A stretch of DNA of 35,416 nt from assembly GCA_964539195.1 (NCBI GenBank), contig CAZIIC010000005.1, positions 1-35,416 on the forward strand. The letters run 5' to 3'. Under the pieces are notes generated by a model. That model was not told where the DNA came from. It saw only the letters and a list, made by a program, of their open reading frames with translations, and searched no databases. The stretch is from an uncultured Candidatus Saccharibacteria bacterium (GTDB taxonomy: Bacteria > Patescibacteriota > Dojkabacteria > SC72). A program made the translations under genes and the position numbers. Position 1 is the first letter of the stretch. Each line of letters opens with the position of its first letter. This document shows, in pieces, positions 1 to 8,593 of this stretch.

Positions 1-425
1 ATATCTTGAACTGTATACATTGGTTCACGATTTGAATATAGAGACCCATCTGACGAAGCTTTTTGATTTACCCCTTCATTTCTAGGTTTGCTTTTCCATC
101 TTTTAAATTCTTCTTCTTGAAGTCTTGCTGCATCCATTAATACAACTTCAGCCAATTCTCTTGTAGGTTGAGTACTAATAATTCTTCCTTTAAAACCTTG
201 TTTGATTAGTTTAGGTAATCTTCCACAATGGTCAAAGTGAGCGTGAGTTAAGAATACGAAATCAAGAGAGGCAGGATCAAAAGGAAAAGGTTCAAAGTTT
301 AGTTTCTCTGTTTCCCACTCTCCTTGGAATGCACCACAGTCAACTAAGAACTTTACATTCCCAGTATCAACAAAGTGACATGATCCAGTAACAGTTTTAG
401 TAGCTCCGCAAAATTGTATTTTCAT
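1..425 (-). CDS. MBL-fold beta-CASP ribonuclease/hydrolase (RNase J / CPSF-like), N-terminal part; the 3' end lies outside the window
   Basis: Not in the ORF track because it runs off the left edge. Manual translation from the ATG at 425..423 gives MKIQFCGATKTVTGSCHFVDTGNVKFLVDCGAFQGEWE...DFVFLTHAHFDHCGRLPKLIKQGF. It contains the HxHxDH zinc motif (THAHFDHCG) typical of beta-CASP MBL proteins. Confidence 0.7.
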   Translation of the reverse strand, partial: MKIQFCGATKTVTGSCHFVDTGNVKFLVDCGAFQGEWETEKLNFEPFPFDPASLDFVFLTHAHFDHCGRLPKLIKQGFKGRIISTQPTRELAEVVLMDAARLQEEEFKRWKSKPRNEGVNQKASSDGSLYSNREPMYTVQD

Positions 426-477
426 TAGGCAGTATAAAAATGAATATATGTAATATTACAGAATATCAATATATGGG

Positions 478-486
478 TGGTATAAT
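478..486 (+). promoter_or_regulatory. Extended -10 promoter element TGGTATAAT upstream of the 523 gene
   Basis: Exact TGnTATAAT match in the divergent spacer, 36 nt upstream of the ATG at 523. Confidence 0.45.
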
Positions 487-522
487 CAAGAGAAGATAAT
501 ATTATTTACACTAGAAGTAAAA

Positions 523-912
523 ATGACAGAGGTTCCAATTACAATGTGTAGTTCAAAGTCAGAAGTTAATGAGTCGTTGAACTTAGGCATATCAAGAGAA
601 GAGCTTGAACAATCAGATGTAAGTAATGCTGTATTACAAGGCACAGCGCTAGGGATTTATTACAAGAATGGTTTATTTTTATCAATATCATTTACTTCTA
701 CAGAAGGAAAGATAACTGGGATCCAATCCTATGACGCAGCACCACTGGGAATTTCTCACTTCCATGCATTTCTTGACGGAACAGTAATGCTCGGAAAAGG
801 AAAAATGAGAGTATCTTACGATGATGCAGATAAAGAGTTAAACGATGGAGATAACATTCATATATCTCAATTAGTTAAGGAGCTTTTATTATATAAGGAA
901 ATTATTGAATAA
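523..912 (+). CDS. Hypothetical small acidic protein (129 aa), paralogue of the next gene
   Basis: Intact ORF with no signal peptide. It shares ESLNLGI(S/T)..(E/D)L near the N-terminus and D..IHIS.L(V/I)K.L near the C-terminus with 951..1343. Confidence 0.7.
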   Translation: MTEVPITMCSSKSEVNESLNLGISREELEQSDVSNAVLQGTALGIYYKNGLFLSISFTSTEGKITGIQSYDAAPLGISHFHAFLDGTVMLGKGKMRVSYDDADKELNDGDNIHISQLVKELLLYKEIIE

Positions 913-950
913 TTGTTACCAATTTACTTACTTTTTAACTTAAAATATCG

Positions 951-1343
951 ATGACAAACCTAAATGAAAACAATTTAAATTCTCCTCTTGAAATAAGCGA
1001 AAGCTTAAACCTAGGTATTACTGAAAAAGATTTGTTAGAGGGGGAAACACTTAAAGCAACACTAATTGAGAACACATTGGAGATAGAATACGTTGATATG
1101 TATATACTTTCTTTAGTTTTCAAACTTGATGAAAATAGAAAGATAGTTGGTATAAATTCTTGTGAGGGCAAAGGTGTTGGTATTCCACATATATATTTAA
1201 GACCCGATCAAAGCATTCTTCTTGGACGTAGACAACTAAAAGTGCTATACGGTGATGATGAACTTGAAGTAGACAATGATACTTCAATTCATATATCTAA
1301 ACTAATAAAGTACTTAATTTTAAACCGTCATGGTTCTTACTAG
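951..1343 (+). CDS. Hypothetical small acidic protein (130 aa), paralogue of the previous gene
   Basis: Intact ORF 38 nt after its paralogue. Shared motifs are ISESLNLGITEKDL, KIVGINS (compare KITGIQS) and SIHISKLIKYL. Confidence 0.7.
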   Translation: MTNLNENNLNSPLEISESLNLGITEKDLLEGETLKATLIENTLEIEYVDMYILSLVFKLDENRKIVGINSCEGKGVGIPHIYLRPDQSILLGRRQLKVLYGDDELEVDNDTSIHISKLIKYLILNRHGSY

Positions 1344-2741
1344 TTCTCCTAACTTCTCTTTAGTATTTAACATCGGATCATCTATTACCATTTCAAGAAG
1401 TTTGTTTAATATTTCACCTACTCTTGGACCTTTAGGAATCCCCATTTCTACAAGGTCATTACCATTAATCTTTAAATCTGAAAGCTTAATTGCCATGTCT
1501 TTAGCCCTAACTTCAGAAATCCTTAATTGAAGTTGAGTTATTTCATCAGGTTTAAACGCTGTCATAGGATTTGCTGTTGCGTCGGCAATACGAAGAGCAA
1601 AGAGATCTTCTAAATTCTCCTCTCCAACACGAGCTATAAATCGCCTAACAGCAGCATCTCCCCACTCCTTTTCTTTAATCTTTTCTCTTTCTTCTGGTGT
1701 AGTATCTTCAGTTATATATGGGAAATAGAACATATGATTTTTAACAAGGTTTGAAACTCTTCTAATCTCAGATTTTGAAAATCTCATCCTGCTCATTACT
1801 TCTTCTGTAATTTTTGCTCCTTCAATATCATGGCCATAGAAGTGACCATTATGCATATCTTTTCGTGGTTTCCCAATATCATGAAATAGAGCGGCCAACT
1901 TAATACTATCTGGAGCCAAATCCATAGTGTTTAAGCTATGATGATACACATCATCTGCGTGAAATAGTTTTTGCTCAACACCGTACCCCTCAAGCAGTTC
2001 TGGGATAAATAATTCGAGTAGTCCTGTTTTCCTCATAAGTTCGATTCCAACGGAAGGCTTTGGTGAGTTTAGAAGCATTTTCATAAATTCATCACGAACT
2101 CGTTCCATAGAAACTTGTGATGCAACAGGCAAAGCATTTCTAATTGCATCAAAAGTCTCTGTTTCAATATCAAATTGAAGCTGGGATGCCATTCTACACG
2201 CTTTAAAGGCTCTAAGTCCATCTTCTTTAAATCTCTCAATTGGTGTTCCAACAGCTCTCACAACTTTTAGACCTAAGTCAGTCAATCCTCCAAATGGATC
2301 ATATATCTCCCACTCTTTTTCTTGGTTAGCCCCATCTAGATTACCAGCGCTCAAATCAAGTGCCATCGCATTAAAGGTAAAATCTCTTCTACCTAAGTCC
2401 CTATCGATATCTTTAATAAAGGTAACTTTTGTAGGCCATCTACCGTCTACATAATCTTCTTCGCTTCTGAATGTAGTTACTTGTACCTCATGTATTTCAC
2501 CTTTAGTATCAGCAACCATCGCACTGACCATACCAAATCTTGCACCAGTCGAAACAGATTTTGGAAATATTTTTAGCATTTCATCAGGAGTTGCGTCAGT
2601 AGCAAGATCGTAATCATCAGGCTCAATATCAAGTACTACATCTCTTAACGCACCACCAACTAAGTAGCAAACAAAGCCCTCCTTTGTTAACATTCTAGCT
2701 ACTTTTTGTACATAATCAGGAATCTCAAATTTCACATTCAT
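1320..2741 (-). CDS. cca: CCA-adding tRNA nucleotidyltransferase with HD domain
   Basis: Pol-beta head motifs (YLVGGALRD, DYDLATD) followed by an HD domain (FHDIGKP, GHD). Start reassigned to the ATG at 2741 (MNVKFEIPDYVQKVA). The upstream 56 codons of the track ORF are low-complexity and overlap the divergent gene. Confidence 0.85.
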   Translation of the reverse strand: MNVKFEIPDYVQKVARMLTKEGFVCYLVGGALRDVVLDIEPDDYDLATDATPDEMLKIFPKSVSTGARFGMVSAMVADTKGEIHEVQVTTFRSEEDYVDGRWPTKVTFIKDIDRDLGRRDFTFNAMALDLSAGNLDGANQEKEWEIYDPFGGLTDLGLKVVRAVGTPIERFKEDGLRAFKACRMASQLQFDIETETFDAIRNALPVASQVSMERVRDEFMKMLLNSPKPSVGIELMRKTGLLELFIPELLEGYGVEQKLFHADDVYHHSLNTMDLAPDSIKLAALFHDIGKPRKDMHNGHFYGHDIEGAKITEEVMSRMRFSKSEIRRVSNLVKNHMFYFPYITEDTTPEEREKIKEKEWGDAAVRRFIARVGEENLEDLFALRIADATANPMTAFKPDEITQLQLRISEVRAKDMAIKLSDLKINGNDLVEMGIPKGPRVGEILNKLLEMVIDDPMLNTKEKLGELVRTMTV

Positions 2742-2766
2742 AATTACATTGTATATACTAAAAAGT

Positions 2767-3807
2767 ATGAAAGCAATTTTAAATATACTCAGTTTAATCG
2801 TTACTATTCTTGTTGGTTTATTATTTGCGATAACAATATCTATTTCACCAATACTTCTTGCTACAAGTACAATAGTTACAAACCGAACAAGCGTGAAATC
2901 AATTATCAACGATTCAGACCTATCCCAAGTAATATCTGACCAAATTGTTCAACAAGCTTTAACTCAGTTAACAGAGAGTGGTGTTCCAAATAAGACGGTT
3001 AACTCATTAAAACCCAATATAGATAAGCTCATTACCCCTGACTATATACAAAAGAATGTAAATTCAATTATAGATGGAACATATGATTGGCTAGAAAATA
3101 AAAGCGAGACAATTAAGGTTGACACAACAAGTCTTGATTTAAATAGCAAACTGTCAAAGTTAATTCCTAAAGAATATTTGAAAAACGAAGGTATAATTAA
3201 AGGACTAGAAGCTCTTAAGCCATGTACTCTTGAGCAAGCAAAGAAACTTGAGAAAGCTACAAAACTAGAAAGTTTAAAAGGCCTATGTTTACCTCCAAGC
3301 CTTGATATCACAAAACTAATTGGTAGTGGGTATAATGAAAATATCGACCAGAAGGAGATACAAATTAACTCGCTTTTTGCTGTACCAAATACAACAACTG
3401 AGTATGCAAACTTAATTAAAACAGCGTTTACCCTACTCTCATATTTGTATTTAATTCTATTATCAATTTCACTATTACTTGCCTCTATCTTTGTCTTCCT
3501 TCCACCTTGGCAACTGGCCAAAGCCTATACCCTTACTATATTTACAACACTTGTTGGAGGGATTAGTTATATTATATTTAAGAGTACAGATATTATTTCT
3601 AAGATTATCAACTTTCTAATTTCGCAAGGCGATATCAAATCAAATGATATACCCCTAGAGGTTATACAAAACATTGTAAACACACTTCTACTTAAGATCT
3701 GGGAGCAATCTGCATTATACTCACTCTATATATTTTACATCGGAATATTTCTAACTATTGTAACGGTAATTATCAACCTTGTTATAGTTAAAAGAAAACC
3801 TACTTAA
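2767..3807 (+). CDS. Hypothetical integral membrane protein: N-terminal TM, ~200-aa external domain, C-terminal TM bundle
   Basis: Long ORF. The ATG at 2767 gives MKAILNILSLIVTILVGLLFAI, and several hydrophobic helices lie in the last ~130 aa. No recognisable catalytic motif. Confidence 0.7.
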   Translation: MKAILNILSLIVTILVGLLFAITISISPILLATSTIVTNRTSVKSIINDSDLSQVISDQIVQQALTQLTESGVPNKTVNSLKPNIDKLITPDYIQKNVNSIIDGTYDWLENKSETIKVDTTSLDLNSKLSKLIPKEYLKNEGIIKGLEALKPCTLEQAKKLEKATKLESLKGLCLPPSLDITKLIGSGYNENIDQKEIQINSLFAVPNTTTEYANLIKTAFTLLSYLYLILLSISLLLASIFVFLPPWQLAKAYTLTIFTTLVGGISYIIFKSTDIISKIINFLISQGDIKSNDIPLEVIQNIVNTLLLKIWEQSALYSLYIFYIGIFLTIVTVIINLVIVKRKPT

Positions 3808-4930
3808 TCATCTTTAATACCCAAATAATCATACCGCTATTCCATGCAAAAGGAGCTTCAGATTTATACACTCTTCTGTTTGTAGGTACCCAAGATGAAT
3901 CATAGTTTTCAGATACCACATTATCTCTAGATATAATTCTAGATATCTTTTCCATCTCTACCCTAGCTTTCTTTTTCATTTGAAATTTAGCTAATACAGC
4001 AATATATACAATCCAAGGTTGGAGCCAAAAAAGTCCATTATGATAATCTCTTAGACCCAATATATAGTTTTGAATTGGAATCAAATACCATGGATACTTT
4101 GGATAGTTTGAAGCAACACCTACATCTTTCACATTATACTTTTGGACTTGTTTCAAAATACTCTTGCTCTGTTTTTCATCTGAAATTCCAAAGATTATGG
4201 CAAGGAGGTTAGGAAATGCAGCTAAATAATCATGACGCTTGGAGTTAAAGAAATCAGAATAATATTTTCCATTCCATAACTTAAGATCTAACTCATTCTT
4301 AAGTTTAATATAATGTGGCTTTAAATCTCTTAAATTAATCTCTTTAAAGATTTCAGGATACTTTTTAACTACCTCTAAAAGTTTTTTGATAGCTGAAAGA
4401 TATATCACATTAGTATAGAGGACATTTCCACTCTTTAAGACTTGATCAGCCCACTCAGACTGAAAGCCTTCACTAATTAAGCCATCACCAAACTTTGCAC
4501 GATAGAATAAGTATGATTTTGATATAGATTTAGAAAATAGATTAATCTCATCAATATTTCCATTTTCTAAGATTCTAAGTGAAAAGATTAAGATATATAA
4601 TACTCCACCATCATATACAGTTCTTCCTGATTGAAAAGATCGAAAATCAGCAATTGGAGTTTTAAGCATTAAAGGTTTACCGAAGTACTTTAAAAGATTG
4701 ACTGAACTCCTCCTCACTCTATACGGAATTAATCCATCATCTCTCTGAAAGTTTTTAAAGGTACTCAATGTCTTTAAACATCCATCACCACACAGATTTC
4801 CCAAAGATGCAAATAGCCCATCTCTTGCCCAAATATCTACAAAATGATGTTTACCAGCGCTATATCCCAGGGGTGTTAAACACGAGTTAAGAGAATCTTG
4901 AGCTACATCATGCAAGGTATTGAAATTCAT
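3800..4930 (-). CDS. (alpha/alpha)6-barrel glycoside hydrolase-like protein (glycogen-debranching GDE_C / GH63 / GH100-like)
   Basis: 376-aa ORF with VDIWARDG near the N-terminus, SEWADQ, and a C-terminal PFAWNSGM. These resemble six-hairpin glycosidase families. The exact family is not resolvable by eye. Confidence 0.5.
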   Translation of the reverse strand: MNFNTLHDVAQDSLNSCLTPLGYSAGKHHFVDIWARDGLFASLGNLCGDGCLKTLSTFKNFQRDDGLIPYRVRRSSVNLLKYFGKPLMLKTPIADFRSFQSGRTVYDGGVLYILIFSLRILENGNIDEINLFSKSISKSYLFYRAKFGDGLISEGFQSEWADQVLKSGNVLYTNVIYLSAIKKLLEVVKKYPEIFKEINLRDLKPHYIKLKNELDLKLWNGKYYSDFFNSKRHDYLAAFPNLLAIIFGISDEKQSKSILKQVQKYNVKDVGVASNYPKYPWYLIPIQNYILGLRDYHNGLFWLQPWIVYIAVLAKFQMKKKARVEMEKISRIISRDNVVSENYDSSWVPTNRRVYKSEAPFAWNSGMIIWVLKMIK

Positions 4931-4959
4931 TCGTTGAACAAATCTTCAGTATATTTATA

Positions 4960-5049
4960 TGGCGGAGAGACAGGGATTCGAACCCTGGATAGCGTTGCCG
5001 CTATGACGGTTTTCAAGACCGTTCCATTCGACCACTCTGGCATCTCTCC
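4960..5049 (-). tRNA. tRNA-Ser (anticodon UGA), CCA encoded
   Basis: The reverse complement folds as a cloverleaf: acceptor GGAGAGA/TCTCTCC, anticodon arm ACGGT-CTTGAAA-ACCGT, long variable arm, T-loop GGTTCGAATCC, discriminator G plus CCA. Confidence 0.93.
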
Positions 5050-5114
5050 ACGACTGGCTATTTTACTACATATATAACCATCTTTCTACCTGCTTAAGAT
5101 GGGGGTGAAATTTA

Positions 5115-6092
5115 CTATTCTTTAGCAAATATCTCTCTAACTACTCCCTCCAAGTTCATTTCATCTATATCAAGGTCTTCAATTGGAAAACTTTTAAGTA
5201 GTTTTGATGAGGCATTTGCCACATCATTCCTATCAACTTGTATTACGCCAGAAGTATCGTTTAAAGATATTACATCACCTATCTTTTCTAAATCTTCTCT
5301 TTCAATCTTTTTATTAAAAACAAAAGAAATTGTTTTATATTTAACATGTTGGTTTATTAGACTTTTAATACTACCATCGTACATAATTCGACCATCATCA
5401 ATTATTATGACCCGCTTACAAAGCTCTTTTACATCATCCATATTATGACTTGTAAGAATTACGGTTGTACCGTATTGCTCATTATATTCTTTAAAGAATG
5501 ATCTAAGTCGCTTTTGCATAACTACATCAAGACCAATTGTAGGCTCATCAAGAAATACAACCTCTGGTGAATGCAAGAGTGCTGCAACAAGTTCACATTT
5601 CATTTTTTGACCTAGCGATAACTTTCTAACAGGTATATTTACTATTTTACCTAGGCTAAGAAGATCAATTAGATTATTTACTTTCTTTTTAAACTCAACT
5701 TCATCTATCTCATATATCTCTTTATTAAGCATAAAAGAGTCGTAAGCTGGCAGATCCATCCAAAGTTGATTCTTCTGCCCCATTACAAGAGAGATTTTCT
5801 TTAAAAACTCTCTATTTCTCTCCCAAGGTGTATAACCTAAGACTTCAACTTTACCTGAAGTTGGATATAGAAGACCTGATAGACACTTCAAAGTGGTGGT
5901 CTTCCCTGCTCCGTTGGTACCAATAAAACCAACAAACTCACCTTCAGAGATGTCAAAAGAGATACCATCAACAGCATCAACTGTACTATATTGCCTATTA
6001 AACAAACTCTTAACAGATCCTATTAATCCCGGTTCTTTCTTATATACTTTGAACTGCTTTACTAGATTTTCAACTGTTATCACTTTACTCAT
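5115..6092 (-). CDS. ABC transporter ATP-binding protein (COG4586-like, ABC-2 type)
   Basis: Walker A GTNGAGKTT, signature LSLGQKMK, Walker B VVFLDEPT, H-loop TSH. An extra ~90-aa C-terminal domain is present. The motif QLWMDLPAYDSF is typical of this subfamily. Confidence 0.9.
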   Translation of the reverse strand: MSKVITVENLVKQFKVYKKEPGLIGSVKSLFNRQYSTVDAVDGISFDISEGEFVGFIGTNGAGKTTTLKCLSGLLYPTSGKVEVLGYTPWERNREFLKKISLVMGQKNQLWMDLPAYDSFMLNKEIYEIDEVEFKKKVNNLIDLLSLGKIVNIPVRKLSLGQKMKCELVAALLHSPEVVFLDEPTIGLDVVMQKRLRSFFKEYNEQYGTTVILTSHNMDDVKELCKRVIIIDDGRIMYDGSIKSLINQHVKYKTISFVFNKKIEREDLEKIGDVISLNDTSGVIQVDRNDVANASSKLLKSFPIEDLDIDEMNLEGVVREIFAKE

Positions 6093-6098
6093 TATTAA

Positions 6099-6107
6099 AT
6101 AATATCA
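6099..6107 (-). promoter_or_regulatory. Extended -10 element TGATATTAT, 6 nt upstream of the ABC ATPase ATG (leaderless-type)
   Basis: The reverse complement of ataatatca is TGATATTAT. Only 6 nt separate the hexamer from the ATG at 6092, and no SD is present. Confidence 0.4.
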
Positions 6108-6134
6108 TAAATATAATTGACTGTATTATTAATA

Positions 6135-7364
6135 ATGAATAATATGAAATATATGAGAAAACTTTTTACCTCACTTCTTATCATTTTAACCCTTTCAAAT
6201 ACTTCATTAGTATTTGCTGAGACGCTTGAATCAGGAAATTACAAAATCGATGGTGCAAATCTTACAAATGGAGGACAGCCTAAAACATCGGGAACAGGGA
6301 ACTTTAGTTTACTTGAAACAATTGGAGATTTTTCAGGGGATCCAAGAGCATCAAGTACCAACTACCAAACAAAACTTGGAACAGTAGATGTATTTACGGC
6401 AAATGTACCTAAAATATCTTGTTTTGAAACTTCAAGTAGTGGTTCTTCAAACTGTACAACAGGACCAACATACCTAAATAGTAATGGAATGATTACTGTT
6501 TGTGGCCCAAGTGGTTGTTATGACAGAGCCAGAGTTGAAATAGATGCACAGAATAATCCAGACGACACATTATACTCAATTCAAATATCTACAGATAATT
6601 TCGCTTCAGATATTAAATATATAGACGGTGTAACTAAAAAGCCTACACTAATTGCAAACATTACAATTGCTGATTTCTTAACAAAGAGTAGTTGGGAATC
6701 ATCAGCAACAAATATTTTAGGACTTGAGGCAAATACTACTTATTCTGTAAGAGCAACAGCACTACATGGCGACTTTACTCAAAGCCCTGCTGGACCTTCA
6801 ATGAATGCTACCACTGCATTACCAACTATGACTTACGATATAGATATTGCATCAACTACTGGATCAACAACAGAATCAGGCGCACCTTACACGGTTACAT
6901 TTAGTAATAATAGTAAACTAATTCAAACAGGACCAACTCAAACTTCGGATGATTTAATTTGGCTTGATGCTAATACAAATGCACAAGGTGGAGTCGCCAT
7001 ACTTATGAAAGGTTTAAATGGAGGGCTAGAGTCTACAACTGCTTCATATACTATTGATTCAGCTACAGTTGATTTAGATGGAACTTCAGAAGGGTTTGGC
7101 CTACAAAACTATCAAGTATCTCAGTTATATAATTTAGGTAGTGGTAACGGCTCATTATCGACACTAATTCCAAATGCAATTTATACCGGAACTGGAAATA
7201 GTGTTGGACTAATTGATACTCTTTTTACAAAAGTTTACGAGTCAGATGGACCAATACACTCTGGTAGAACATCAGTCTTTCTTAAAGCTCGAGCTTCCGC
7301 TAGCGCAAGTGAAGCATCAGACTATACTGAGACCATTACTATAGTGTTTGTACCTAGATATTAG
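6135..7364 (+). CDS. Secreted surface protein A: signal peptide, SxNY/F repeat head, FN3-like middle, C-terminal module shared with protein B
   Basis: Signal peptide MNNMKYMRKLFTSLLIILTLSNTSLVFA|ETL. Three S/T-x-N-Y/F motifs are present (SGNYKI, TGNFSL, STNYQT). The C-terminal module carries DLDGTSEGFGLQ and the terminal SDYTETITIVFVPRY. Start chosen at the first ATG; the TTG at 6117 was rejected, and 6144 or 6153 remain possible. Confidence 0.8.
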   Translation: MNNMKYMRKLFTSLLIILTLSNTSLVFAETLESGNYKIDGANLTNGGQPKTSGTGNFSLLETIGDFSGDPRASSTNYQTKLGTVDVFTANVPKISCFETSSSGSSNCTTGPTYLNSNGMITVCGPSGCYDRARVEIDAQNNPDDTLYSIQISTDNFASDIKYIDGVTKKPTLIANITIADFLTKSSWESSATNILGLEANTTYSVRATALHGDFTQSPAGPSMNATTALPTMTYDIDIASTTGSTTESGAPYTVTFSNNSKLIQTGPTQTSDDLIWLDANTNAQGGVAILMKGLNGGLESTTASYTIDSATVDLDGTSEGFGLQNYQVSQLYNLGSGNGSLSTLIPNAIYTGTGNSVGLIDTLFTKVYESDGPIHSGRTSVFLKARASASASEASDYTETITIVFVPRY

Positions 7365-7367
7365 TAA

Positions 7368-7396
7368 TTGACAGTAACAGTTAAAAAGAATATTCT
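7368..7396 (+). promoter_or_regulatory. Sigma70-type promoter in front of protein B (TTGACA - 17 bp - TATTCT)
   Basis: Perfect -35 TTGACA at 7368..7373, exact 17-bp spacer, and -10 TATTCT at 7391..7396, all in the 60-nt gap between A and B. Confidence 0.4.
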
Positions 7397-7424
7397 GAAA
7401 TGTAACGATTCAACTTCTAAACCT

Positions 7425-8582
7425 ATGCTTATTGATAATTTAAAAAAGTTCACAAGAATAAAGAAAACATTGCTCCCTACTCTACTTGTTATACTCCTAG
7501 TGGGTATAATTTCGCCGTTATTCCTTTTTAAATCAAACGCAAACTCATTAACTGCTGTATATTTCTTCTTAAGTAGAATGGCAACAAATATTAACGGAAG
7601 TAGTGGTACAGTTGTTTATACATTAGCAGTTGCTCCAAACCAAAGTATGTCTTCTGGGGGTACAGTAACATTAACTTTCCCTGATGCAGATGACTCGAAC
7701 TGGTGCAGAACAACAGGAAGCTTAACAATTACCGCATTAGCATCTTCAATTGCTGACTTATCTTCAACAAACTGGCAGATCGATTCTGCACTTCCAGATA
7801 GTGGATCAGCACTAACTGCAACATGTACTCAAGGGTCTGGCTCAAACTCTGCAGATACTATTACTGTTTCAAATGTTGGTGCATTAACAGGAGGAACAAC
7901 ATACGGATTTTCAATTGCAAACGGTAGTGCTGCAGGTGTTGTAGGAACAGATGATACATCAGGAACACATACCGTTACAGTTAAGGTACAAAGTGGAGCG
8001 ACGATTGACTCCTCTACTTTTGACTTGTATCTAGTATCAACAGACACAGTAACAGTTTCGGCAACAGTTCAAGCTGTACCAACAGTTAACTGCTCAATTA
8101 GTTCAACCACAGTAAACTTAGGTACGCTATTTCCTGGTGGTGCGTTTGCCTCAACAACTAACACTATTACAACATCAACCTCTTCAACAACTGCAGGCTA
8201 CTACTGGTCAGCTTACGGTACTGGGGATGGAAGTACTGACGCAGGATTATACAAATCAACAGCGACAACATACTTAATCGGTTCAACTGGAAGCGGTACA
8301 ATTAACCTAAATGGACTAGGTACCGAAGGATTTGGTATTACAGTTTCAGATCCAGATGCAGGAGGAGCAGCCGTAGTACCATCAGACTTTAGCGATTCAT
8401 CAAGTGGAGTATTTGGAGCTCTTGATAGATCAAGTGCAAACGCACAATTAATTCTATACCAGAATGGAGCACAAACAAGCCCGGATAATGCCACTATAAC
8501 CTATGGGGGTAAGGCAGGATCATCTGCTGAAGCTGGAAGCTATACTGAAACAGTATATTTTGTATGTGGTGGATACTATTAA
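7425..8582 (+). CDS. Secreted or anchored Ser/Thr/Gly/Ala-rich surface protein B (candidate fibre subunit)
   Basis: The ATG at 7425 gives MLIDNLKKFTRIKKTLLPTLLVILLVGIISPLFLF (basic n-region plus hydrophobic core). The composition is very S/T/G/A-rich. The C-terminal module carries NLNGLGTEGFGITV and the terminal GSYTETVYFVCGGYY, homologous to protein A. Confidence 0.8.
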   Translation: MLIDNLKKFTRIKKTLLPTLLVILLVGIISPLFLFKSNANSLTAVYFFLSRMATNINGSSGTVVYTLAVAPNQSMSSGGTVTLTFPDADDSNWCRTTGSLTITALASSIADLSSTNWQIDSALPDSGSALTATCTQGSGSNSADTITVSNVGALTGGTTYGFSIANGSAAGVVGTDDTSGTHTVTVKVQSGATIDSSTFDLYLVSTDTVTVSATVQAVPTVNCSISSTTVNLGTLFPGGAFASTTNTITTSTSSTTAGYYWSAYGTGDGSTDAGLYKSTATTYLIGSTGSGTINLNGLGTEGFGITVSDPDAGGAAVVPSDFSDSSSGVFGALDRSSANAQLILYQNGAQTSPDNATITYGGKAGSSAEAGSYTETVYFVCGGYY

Positions 8583-8593
8583 TACGAAATGAC

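Noticed and set aside
2742-2909. N-terminal 56-codon extension of the cca ORF in the track (start at 2909), and the short ORF 2706-2939(+).
   Set aside because: The extension is hydrophobic low-complexity sequence and overlaps the divergent membrane-protein gene. MNVKFEIPDYVQKVARML at 2741 aligns with normal CCA-enzyme N-termini and has a -10 hexamer 6 nt upstream.
5078-5102. Hairpin ccatctt-(11 nt)-aagatgg after the ABC ATPase stop as an intrinsic terminator.
   Set aside because: It has a 7-bp AT-rich stem with a large loop and no following U-tract on the transcribed strand. This is not distinguishable from chance.
6135-8582. Calling proteins A/B spore-coat-protein-U (archaic chaperone-usher) pilins or true WxL-domain proteins.
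   Set aside because: Only the C-terminal G/S-x-Y-T-E-T-hydrophobic strand resembles those families. There is no usher or periplasmic chaperone gene, no outer membrane is expected, and no WxL motifs are present. It is kept as an analogy only.
6117-8593. Track start codons TTG 6117 (protein A), TTG 7368 (protein B) and ATG 8564 (protein C), and likewise TTG 2749 for the membrane protein.
   Set aside because: Downstream ATGs give canonical signal peptides or TM starts. The TTG at 7368 coincides with the -35 hexamer TTGACA. The ATG at 8564 lies inside the end of gene B and adds a non-signal-like MWWILLIRND prefix.
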